The notes under the pieces: model-generated
What the model was told of the DNA's origin: nothing
Database searches by the model: none
What the model saw: only the letters and a program-made list of their open reading frames with translations
Source of the DNA: Anaerolineae bacterium
GTDB taxonomy: Bacteria > Chloroflexota > Anaerolineae > Aggregatilineales > J027
Assembly (NCBI GenBank): GCA_050303635.1
Contig: JBNLCD010000003.1
Coordinates: forward strand, 1 to 38,469
Direction of reading: 5' to 3'
Length of the DNA stretch: 38,469 nucleotides
In this document: one piece after another, positions 16,445 through 25,264 of the stretch
Layout of the letters: each line of letters begins with the position of its first letter
Position numbering within the stretch: the stretch's first letter is position 1
Translations under genes and position numbers: made by a program

Positions 16445-19400
16445 TTATTCTTCACCGAGCCGTAGCACTTGGTTCACGCTCATACGGCGGAGCCACAACG
16501 CGGCAATCACTAATAAAAGGGTAAAGCTAATCACCAAAGAAGCCAATAACCCGGCTACGCCTAAGGCTGGCAATCTCAGTGTTTCATTTCCAACTAAGCT
16601 GAGGAATGGCAAGATAAGATAGGCCAGTCCTGCCCCTAGTATACTGCCAATTATCAACGCTGGCGTAATTAATGTTACTTGTTCGACGAAAAGTAAGCGC
16701 CAGATATTGTTTGCATTCCAGCCCAGCGAACGCAATACACCAAAGGTGAAGGCCCGTTGTTGAGCAGTCACAGCCAGATAGAACGCAAAGTCGAGCAAAC
16801 TCAGAGCCAAGCTAATCCAGAAGCCCGCAAAAAGCATCCCGGCAATTGCACTGGGCAATGGTTCACGTAGAATTTGACCATAACGATCCCAAGCGTAGAC
16901 AACATCGTTAACGCCTTCAATCTGATCAACTTCAGACTTAAATTGGTCTGTAACTTGCCGATCTGGCACATTCAGCCAGATTTCATTGGCATCAAAGGTG
17001 CTGTTAGAACGGGCTGTTTGATTGAACCACAACCGGGTTGTTTGAAGCGGCATAATGATAAAATTAGACTTTTCATCCAAGACAGTTGGGAATTCTTCTT
17101 GAATATCCACAATTTGCAAGCCCATTGAAACAGTACCCGGACCAATATTCAAATCAATGGGTCGATAATCACCCACCCGTAAATTAGGACGATTAGCGCC
17201 ACTAGAGCTAGCACCACCTTGACTGAAGTTTTTGAAATTGATGGCAAAGTTATCAGAGACAATAGCTGGCACGCCTTCCACAATCACCGGATTAATGGCA
17301 ATACGTGGTTCGGAACTTTGCGCAACAACCCGTCGAATCGTGTAGTCAATCTTCAGTGCGGTTGTATCATTGGCTGAAACAGGTGTAATTCCCTCATCAG
17401 CTACCGCTACATAGTTCATTTCTAAGCCACCAATAGCGGAGTCGAAAATATCGATATCGTCATTGACGGTGATATAAACTTCATCACCCAGCGCCGGTTG
17501 CCATGTTTCGGGAATGATTTCAAAAGTTTCAAAATCAGTGGTAACGCCGTTTTCATCAACAGTTTGCCAGTAGTCCAAGTACATGGTGTGACTAAAACTG
17601 CTGAGCTCACCTTGGCGGGTTGCAACCCCGATTTGATAAATCGAATACGGGGCACGTCCGCTTGTGGGCAAATTAGCGACAAGGGTAACCCATTGTTCAG
17701 CGGGAGTGGTTTGGGCGTCGTCACCTGCTCCGTCTTGTACCTCACCAGATACGGTGACTCCCGTACTAACTGTCGGGCGAGTAAGGGTAATGGTATAAGG
17801 AATGCCTACCTCGTCAACTAGGTAGATATTCAACTCAACATTGGCCTCTGGCAAGTCTTCTTCAGCGATAGATTCTGACCAGACTTGGACCTGCAATTGA
17901 CGGGCATCCACATCTAATGGTAAACCCGGCAAATCAATTGTTTCTTGGCCAAATAGAGCTTCCACTTTGTCTTTGTGTTCTGGATAAGCTTTAGCAAAAG
18001 CTTCGGCATCAATACCAATGACTTGAATAGTCCGTGAAGTACGGTCATTACTGGGGCGAACATCTACATTCAAGACTTGGGCATAACTTTCAACACCATC
18101 AAGGCGGTCCCAAGGACGATCGGCAATATCTGCCCGCGTATCAACTTCCACGCGGACGGCTGAACCAGTTTCATTTGTGGCCACTTCCCAAGCCCCTGAG
18201 TCACGTGTAGCGCTTAAACCAAGACTGGCTGTACCCAGTGCCAATGTGCCAATCAATAAAAGTACCAATTGAGCATAGTGGCCGGGATCACGTTGAACAT
18301 TCCAGACGGCCAACGGCGTGGTTAGAAAACGGCTCTTGGAGGTAAACCTTGAAACAATACCTACCAACGAGGGGAAAATGGTCAACCAGAGCAAAGCCAT
18401 CCCAGTTAGCATGAAAGCAGGTCCCACTAAGTTGAAAGGATCGTTTAAGCCTGTTTCCGATGTTGCATTTTCGGCAACGGTATCAATTGCTTTTTGAGGA
18501 TCGGTGAAGAGTTGGACGACCAAATCACCCATTTCAGCGTCTTCAGGTGAGGCCAACAAGTAGAGACGGAAGAGGAATAAGGTTCCAATTCCTAAACATG
18601 CCAGCATAATCAAGACATGAACCAAGGCCCGCCGTGTTGGTGGGCGTGAAGCGGCTTGCTTAAGCCGTAACAAACTCTTTGATGCGGCAGGAATGGATGG
18701 TGCACTGAGCACGAAAGTTGCCGTTAAGGCACCGGCTAAGGCCAACCAGACTGAATTAATTGGCAACGCGACATTGGCAAGACTGGCATCGCCCAAAACT
18801 TCAGAGAGTGGGCCAAATTCTTCCATAAAGATGAGGAAGAGACGACTAATGCCAAACGCGGCGGCAAAACTTAATATACCGAGCACGCTAATTGTCACAA
18901 ATTGCATCAAGAAGAGTTGACCTGTACTACCCCCACGGGAGGTAATGGTACTCCATTCTTTACCTTGTTGTTGAAGGACAAGGCTGACCGTTGTCACCAA
19001 GTGATAGAGCAACAGAATAAGCACAGCTCCTGAGAGGAAAACAATCGGGCCCTCAGCTTCTTGGACACGGTCACCGTAGCCAGAAATTAAGCCGGTATAA
19101 CCGGAGAAGATTTGGGCCGTTGGGTCATTTTCACGAACTTGGTTACGGATATTATCAATCCCGGTGGTTACATCATCAGCATTATCAGCGTTCACAATGC
19201 TAGGATCGGTGTGCATCCGCCAGATATAACTGGTTCCGGGTACAACCGGTGCAACCCAATCTTCATAAGATACGGGGTCGAAGGCTAAGCCGAAATCAAA
19301 ACGAGTGGCACCCGTATTACCGATTGGAATATCGGCTCCGGTGAGGAACATCCCGTTCCCTTGCCAGAATGGATCGTTCGGATCAACTGCTTCGACAATT

Positions 19401-20338
19401 CCGACGATTTTTACGGAGGCTAAGGCACCACTGCCATCAAGGAAGATGTTCCCCATGAAAAAGCGTGATCCAATTTCAAGTTCAGCTTCTTCAGCAACTA
19501 GCGGGGTAATAACCGCTTCTACTTGACCTCGGTTATACCAGCCAAGTTCATTAAATTCTTGTTCTTCATCCGTAAAACCCGAACCGCTGACATCTTCCGG
19601 CGGTGCGGTGCGTTGAGGTAAACGACCCTCGACAACTACAACACGATCCGCCAAATCATCGAAAGCATACGGTTGATAGCAATTAGGTGAAGCCGCCGCT
19701 CCTAGGAATGGATTTTGTCCAAGTTGGAATAGGAACCCACAAGCGGCAACACCGGACAAACCCGGCGCTTGATTACCCGCGGGTTGGGGTGGTGTGTAAT
19801 CAGACCGTACGTAACGGTCAACATTGGTAATCAGACCACCAAGTTCTTTTTGAACAATCTCTTGCTCATTTTCACCCATGGGTTGTTCACTGATGAGCGT
19901 AATATTGAGGTCTTCATCATCGGCATTATCAAGCGCGTACCGAATATCAACTTCCGTTACGCCCCGGATATAAAGCGGGCCAAGGGCTAGAAAGCCAGTG
20001 ACTAAACTAATGGCGAAGAGCAAAATTGCTAGAATACGCCATTCTTGTTGCATCCGCTTGAATGCTAGCCGAATTATCGGCCAATTTGTTGTGGAAATAT
20101 AACCAACGATTGTTAATATCGTAATCGTAATTCCAAGAAGAAGGAATACTGGCGATATTAGCCTTAATATTAAGCTTATTGTAGCTAATGTCGATCCAAC
20201 TATACCAAGTAGTAATCGGCGGTCAGATCGATTCCATTTTTCTGAAGGTATATTGGTCAATCGATAGACTGCATATCCCATATAGATGAGATTAACTAAT
20301 ATACCAATACCTACAGATATAATATCCGTAAAATCCAT
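16445..20338 (-). CDS. Large FtsX-like (type VII) ABC permease
   Basis: 1297 aa, two large extracytoplasmic domains, SRGGS and C-terminal FGVLRSLGW...LFVEQ FtsX motifs. Confidence 0.88.
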   Translation of the reverse strand: MDFTDIISVGIGILVNLIYMGYAVYRLTNIPSEKWNRSDRRLLLGIVGSTLATISLILRLISPVFLLLGITITILTIVGYISTTNWPIIRLAFKRMQQEWRILAILLFAISLVTGFLALGPLYIRGVTEVDIRYALDNADDEDLNITLISEQPMGENEQEIVQKELGGLITNVDRYVRSDYTPPQPAGNQAPGLSGVAACGFLFQLGQNPFLGAAASPNCYQPYAFDDLADRVVVVEGRLPQRTAPPEDVSGSGFTDEEQEFNELGWYNRGQVEAVITPLVAEEAELEIGSRFFMGNIFLDGSGALASVKIVGIVEAVDPNDPFWQGNGMFLTGADIPIGNTGATRFDFGLAFDPVSYEDWVAPVVPGTSYIWRMHTDPSIVNADNADDVTTGIDNIRNQVRENDPTAQIFSGYTGLISGYGDRVQEAEGPIVFLSGAVLILLLYHLVTTVSLVLQQQGKEWSTITSRGGSTGQLFLMQFVTISVLGILSFAAAFGISRLFLIFMEEFGPLSEVLGDASLANVALPINSVWLALAGALTATFVLSAPSIPAASKSLLRLKQAASRPPTRRALVHVLIMLACLGIGTLFLFRLYLLASPEDAEMGDLVVQLFTDPQKAIDTVAENATSETGLNDPFNLVGPAFMLTGMALLWLTIFPSLVGIVSRFTSKSRFLTTPLAVWNVQRDPGHYAQLVLLLIGTLALGTASLGLSATRDSGAWEVATNETGSAVRVEVDTRADIADRPWDRLDGVESYAQVLNVDVRPSNDRTSRTIQVIGIDAEAFAKAYPEHKDKVEALFGQETIDLPGLPLDVDARQLQVQVWSESIAEEDLPEANVELNIYLVDEVGIPYTITLTRPTVSTGVTVSGEVQDGAGDDAQTTPAEQWVTLVANLPTSGRAPYSIYQIGVATRQGELSSFSHTMYLDYWQTVDENGVTTDFETFEIIPETWQPALGDEVYITVNDDIDIFDSAIGGLEMNYVAVADEGITPVSANDTTALKIDYTIRRVVAQSSEPRIAINPVIVEGVPAIVSDNFAINFKNFSQGGASSSGANRPNLRVGDYRPIDLNIGPGTVSMGLQIVDIQEEFPTVLDEKSNFIIMPLQTTRLWFNQTARSNSTFDANEIWLNVPDRQVTDQFKSEVDQIEGVNDVVYAWDRYGQILREPLPSAIAGMLFAGFWISLALSLLDFAFYLAVTAQQRAFTFGVLRSLGWNANNIWRLLFVEQVTLITPALIIGSILGAGLAYLILPFLSLVGNETLRLPALGVAGLLASLVISFTLLLVIAALWLRRMSVNQVLRLGEE

Positions 20339-20349
20339 ATTCCTCTCCT

Positions 20350-23300
20350 TTACTCATCGCCAAAACGAAGGGTGCGTGACAGAGACAATTGGCGAATGAG
20401 CACAAACGAGAAGGCAAATACGCCGAGCAAAACAACTGCTAAGATGATGCCGAAGTTTCCAATCGCCGCCCATTCTGTTTGCGTGATAAACGGTGGCGTT
20501 ACACCTTCACCAGTTGTACCAAGCGCCAGCCGTGGAACGACTGCAAAGCTGAGCAATACACCCAACACTGCGCCAAGGGCCGCCGCGACACCAACCACAA
20601 AGAATTGTTCAAACAGTAAACTCCATACCACGCGACCTGAAGGCAAACCAAGCGCGCGAAGAATACCAAATTCACCGCGACGGGCTTGCGTAGTCAAAGC
20701 GGCATAAGTTAATAGTCCGACAATGCTGAGTGACATCGCAATCAGGAAAGCAAGGAACATCAACCCCAGCAAGCCTAATGACAAGGGATCTGTTTCAAGT
20801 TGGTCAAATTCGTGGGCATAGGTAACTTCATTGATATAAGTTACATTTGAAGAGTCGCCACCCTGTAAATCAGCCAGAACTGCTTTGACTTCGTCTTCCG
20901 TCTTCACGTCGTCAGACAACTTAAGCCATGTTTCTTGTGGATAGTAAGTTGCTGAAGGGCGTTGATTGACGGCATACAAGAATTCACGAATATCAACCAC
21001 AATGAAGTTTTCTTCATTAAAGAGTGAAGGAAAATATTCAGTCGACCGTCGACTGGTAATCTGCATACTAGAACGATAGATATTATCGAAACTGAAGTTA
21101 ATTTCAGGATCTTCCTTATCGGGATTTTCTTGCAATGCAGTCAAACCGGTGCGTTCAGCGACTGAATCACTGAGAACCGCTTCAAGTGGTTGGGGTTGTG
21201 GATAGTTTAAGTTAACCCCTAAACGCGACCAGAGTGCCAATTGATCGAAGACCACGACAAAGGCTTCTTCGTGCAAGCCGGGATTATCAGCCGCTAAATT
21301 AACCGGACGAATATCTTGTGGTGCGACTTGTGTCAAAGCACCTACATCCGGTGCAAAACTCCAATTACCCGCATTGGCTAAATCATACGGAGTTGCATTG
21401 CCATCCGCATCAATCAAGTTAAAATCGGCGAATAACATCTTGATACGACGTTCGCCGGTATTATTGCTAGTACGGTGTTCCCAATAAAGAGAAACGAGTC
21501 GTAATTCGCCTTGGAGTTCGTAGTTCAGTGCCGAGAAATCTGCTTCATAGTAAATCCAACCGCTGGTAACATGGGCCGCGCTACCAAAGCCGGGACTATC
21601 TTGACCCTGCCGCACATATTCAGAACGAATGGCGGTGAAGGGTACCAATAACCAGGTACCTGCTTCATCTTGGAAGCGCATATTAATGGTCGTGTTTCGA
21701 CCTAAGCGGGCTAAATCTGGTTGATAATTAGTATTTGCCGCAAATGGATTAGTCAAACGATCTAAGCGGACCCATAATCCCATTTTTTCAGGTGTGAAAG
21801 GTAATGTTTCACCCACGGTGGGAATATTCACGGTGGCACTTGGACCATAAGGCACGACAATATTGCCTAAATCGTTTCGCCAATAATCAACGGTTGTTTG
21901 ACCAAACGTACGCGGGTCAATTGCCAAAACGTCAATCGCGGCAAAACCGGTTGAATCACTGTAGGCAACATTCGTAACGCGATGACCCAAGCTTACGGCT
22001 TCCACGCTATCATTCTGCAAGTAGAAATCTTCTGAACGAGAACGTTCAACGCCCAGTGTTGTGTCACGTTCATATAAACGGACATCGGTACCAACCAAAT
22101 AGCGTGCTTGGTCAGCTTGATTGCGTTGGACGGTTGCCCGGAACGAAGTCGCGAACCAGCCAATACTGATCGCTAATGCCAAAAGGAAGGTAATCCGGCC
22201 ATAGTGTAAAGGCTCACGGCTGAGTTGCCATGTCGAAAGTACACCGATGAGATTCTTGCGTCGTTCGGCAAATACAGAAGCAATGTAGGCCGATATCGGG
22301 AAGAGGCGTAACGCTAAAATTGCCAACCCCAACAAAAGCAAGAATGGTGAACAAAGCACCAAATAATCGGGCCGTTTTTCACCACCGGCTGTTTCAATCA
22401 ACGGTGTTGAGCGGAACAGGAACCAAACTAAAACTGGTAAGAAAAAGACGACCAGAATGACATCAATATAGTATTTTTGGAACCAATTCCAGCGTGCACT
22501 CCGGAGCGCCGCCCCACCTGCTGAAATCAATGGTAGCAATAGCGTTGGAATGATACTGAGTGTTAGCGCAATAAAGGTTACCAACGATGCGGCAAAACTA
22601 AAGAGGAAAACTTCAGTTGTCAGCGGGAGCGGGAAATTACTCGTATCTGCAATAACTGGACCCAGCGCTTTTAGTAAGAGTTGAGCCAAAAACGGTGCCA
22701 CCAATGCCCCGAAAACGCTAATTAAGAGGGCTTCAATACCCCGCAAAGCCAAAATAGAGCCATTGCTCGCGCCCCGGCTTTGGAGCATTGAAATTTCCCG
22801 ACGTTCGCCCCGACGGACTAAGGCCGCGGTAACGATCAAGAAGAAGACAACCAACCCACACATTTGAACCAGTAATAAGGTAAACGGCACAAAGTTGATA
22901 CTTTGTTTCCGTGCATAATCTTGCAAAATACCTTCATCCTTATCGGATTTGGTCAATCGATAGTCGATCAATTTTGTATGGTACTTTTTACCAATTTCTT
23001 GATCGAGTTCACGATTATATGCGGCATCTAATTCTTCATCAAAATCGCGTAAGGCTTGGCGGGCTGTATCAATATGTACATAAGACAACTTATTGTGATC
23101 AAACAAAATACGCCAACCAAAGATTGTATCTGTAGCAGGTACATAATCTTGGTAGACGGCTTGAGTATTTTCAGCAGTTGTTAGTAAATTGACTTCACGT
23201 TGCCAGAGACCACCTTCAGTAATGCCCAAGGGAGGATCAGTATTATCTAAATCCATCCAGAATGGATCATTTTCTTCCAGCGGAGCGATAATTGTAGTAA

Positions 23301-24006
23301 TTTGAACAGTAAACGGTTTACTACTGGCATGCGCCCCTGAAACTTGATTTCCCCGATTATCAAGGCGTTGATCAATGGTCAAAACATCGCCAACTTGCCA
23401 GTCAAGTTCGTTCGCGACATCTAAACTGACAGCCACATTAAAATCAATACCATCTGCAAGTTCAGTTTCCGCAGGTAATGTTCCACCTACGACCCGTACA
23501 TGATCTGTCCAATTTTCTAGATAGAGAATACTCGTGCGCGTACTGTCAACAGCTTCGCCATCACTATCTAAAATTCCCATCTTTGAGGTACGGATGTAGG
23601 GATTGACTTCTTTCACCCACTCATCCAAATTCGATTGTGAATTGAAATGAGTGTCTACTGCAGAATTAATGCCCTTATCAACTTCGGCAACTTGCAAAGC
23701 GATATTGGGATTATCTTCCGCTTCTAGCGAAATACGTATTTGAGCATGGGCGTCTGCTGAACGTTCTTGTTCAAGACGTTGAACCATGCCAATCTGTCCG
23801 ACGGCATTACTATACAGAGGAATTAAGGCACCAATCCCAGCACCTAAAATTACACCGATGATAATGGTTAGTAATGAGCGCCACTTGGCCGCTAAACGTG
23901 CAACGGCGACTTTGGGAGCCCAGCTAGCAAAATTAACCACCCCTAGTAATGTCGGGCGGACGTGAGTTGCGATAAATTGTAAAAATAGAGGTACAAACAA
24001 AACCAT
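20350..24006 (-). CDS. Large FtsX-like (type VII) ABC permease
   Basis: 1218 aa, RREISMLQSRGAS and RRGEFGILRALGL...LLFEQ; paralogous architecture to the neighbouring gene. Confidence 0.9.
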   Translation of the reverse strand: MVLFVPLFLQFIATHVRPTLLGVVNFASWAPKVAVARLAAKWRSLLTIIIGVILGAGIGALIPLYSNAVGQIGMVQRLEQERSADAHAQIRISLEAEDNPNIALQVAEVDKGINSAVDTHFNSQSNLDEWVKEVNPYIRTSKMGILDSDGEAVDSTRTSILYLENWTDHVRVVGGTLPAETELADGIDFNVAVSLDVANELDWQVGDVLTIDQRLDNRGNQVSGAHASSKPFTVQITTIIAPLEENDPFWMDLDNTDPPLGITEGGLWQREVNLLTTAENTQAVYQDYVPATDTIFGWRILFDHNKLSYVHIDTARQALRDFDEELDAAYNRELDQEIGKKYHTKLIDYRLTKSDKDEGILQDYARKQSINFVPFTLLLVQMCGLVVFFLIVTAALVRRGERREISMLQSRGASNGSILALRGIEALLISVFGALVAPFLAQLLLKALGPVIADTSNFPLPLTTEVFLFSFAASLVTFIALTLSIIPTLLLPLISAGGAALRSARWNWFQKYYIDVILVVFFLPVLVWFLFRSTPLIETAGGEKRPDYLVLCSPFLLLLGLAILALRLFPISAYIASVFAERRKNLIGVLSTWQLSREPLHYGRITFLLALAISIGWFATSFRATVQRNQADQARYLVGTDVRLYERDTTLGVERSRSEDFYLQNDSVEAVSLGHRVTNVAYSDSTGFAAIDVLAIDPRTFGQTTVDYWRNDLGNIVVPYGPSATVNIPTVGETLPFTPEKMGLWVRLDRLTNPFAANTNYQPDLARLGRNTTINMRFQDEAGTWLLVPFTAIRSEYVRQGQDSPGFGSAAHVTSGWIYYEADFSALNYELQGELRLVSLYWEHRTSNNTGERRIKMLFADFNLIDADGNATPYDLANAGNWSFAPDVGALTQVAPQDIRPVNLAADNPGLHEEAFVVVFDQLALWSRLGVNLNYPQPQPLEAVLSDSVAERTGLTALQENPDKEDPEINFSFDNIYRSSMQITSRRSTEYFPSLFNEENFIVVDIREFLYAVNQRPSATYYPQETWLKLSDDVKTEDEVKAVLADLQGGDSSNVTYINEVTYAHEFDQLETDPLSLGLLGLMFLAFLIAMSLSIVGLLTYAALTTQARRGEFGILRALGLPSGRVVWSLLFEQFFVVGVAAALGAVLGVLLSFAVVPRLALGTTGEGVTPPFITQTEWAAIGNFGIILAVVLLGVFAFSFVLIRQLSLSRTLRFGDE

Positions 24007-24299
24007 AGGCTTATCTGCTCACTTATCCACCTGATTCTTTTAAGTTCTAAATGCGCTATTATAGCAGGCTAGCACATGGAATATACTGTGTTTCACTATA
24101 GCAGGTTGAAACATTAGTCATCTACTCATAAAACTCCAATGTTTGGCCAAAGGTTGAATTTTAGCCGAACTTATAAGCCAGTTCTCATTTTATAGAGTAT
24201 TTAACAGAAAAACTTCGAGGCATTATCATTTCGATGGTAAAACAATCAACCTGTTTAACAGCTTGATTATGAGTCAAATAGGATATTTCTTCGGAATAG

Positions 24300-24959
24300 T
24301 TAGGGTTGCTTCAGACGTAATACTAAAACAACAGGCGGCTGGTCAGTTGCAAGTTTTTGTTCAACCACGCCGTCAATGATGAAATGGTGTTGCGCAGTGA
24401 CACGTTGATAATCAGCATAACTATATGGATAGTGTTCAACCGCATAAGTTTTGCCATCAGCCCCCGTGAATGTCCGTTTAGCACCGTTCCATGCTTGAAA
24501 AGGATGCAAATCACTAATTAAAACTAACCCGTCTGAACGCAGAACACGTTTAATTTCAGCAAATGTTGCTTGAAAACGCGCATGAGGTAAATGCCCGACG
24601 GCTAGTCCACACAAAATAACATCAACAGTATTATCTGCGAGAGGAATATTGTCCATAAATGCTTGCGCGGCATTGTTTAAGACACCCGCCGCTAGCATCT
24701 CAGGTGAGTTATCTAAACCAACAACGAGACGCGCCTCTTTTTGTTGGGCATATTGTCCCCAACGACCTGTACCACAAGCTAGATCCAACACTATTTTGCC
24801 TTGAAGTTTAGGCATCAGCGTTTGCATGGCGGCCGTTTCGCATTGCATAAAAGCATTGTGTGCTTGAGCTGGATATTGTTCCGCCCACTGAGCATAAGCT
24901 TGCACACTTGGCAGTGTTTCTATTGAAGCTTTTCTAAATTTTCGCAACCACTGGCGCAA
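24300..24959 (-). CDS. Class I SAM-dependent methyltransferase
   Basis: VLDLACGTGR, GLDNSPEML, RVLRSDG..ISDLHP; TTG start uncertain. Confidence 0.88.
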   Translation of the reverse strand: MRQWLRKFRKASIETLPSVQAYAQWAEQYPAQAHNAFMQCETAAMQTLMPKLQGKIVLDLACGTGRWGQYAQQKEARLVVGLDNSPEMLAAGVLNNAAQAFMDNIPLADNTVDVILCGLAVGHLPHARFQATFAEIKRVLRSDGLVLISDLHPFQAWNGAKRTFTGADGKTYAVEHYPYSYADYQRVTAQHHFIIDGVVEQKLATDQPPVVLVLRLKQP

Positions 24960-24962
24960 AGC

Positions 24963-25241
24963 TTAATCTCCATAACGTTCGATAAAAAAGCGCGCATAAT
25001 ATTCAGTCCAATTGGCTCCGGGTGCTTGCGCAGTTAATTGGCGATCTACCGTAATAAAAAGATAGACCAATTCACTTTTAGTAATCGTGGCACCCAGTTT
25101 AGTCGGCAACTTGTCGTGCAAATACTCAGCGTACCAAAGCGGCCATTCGGGGTCAGCTCCATCGGTGTCAATAAATGCGGCATGATGGGCATGACCTGTT
25201 TCTTCAAATAAGTCAGCCAAATCTACCAGTAAACTGCTCAT
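24963..25241 (-). CDS. Hypothetical protein (92 aa)
   Basis: GGAG RBS; AHHAAF..TDGADPEWPLWYAEYL; tightly packed behind polA. Confidence 0.75.
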   Translation of the reverse strand: MSSLLVDLADLFEETGHAHHAAFIDTDGADPEWPLWYAEYLHDKLPTKLGATITKSELVYLFITVDRQLTAQAPGANWTEYYARFFIERYGD

Positions 25242-25264
25242 ATAAAGTCGGCTCCTTACGACGA

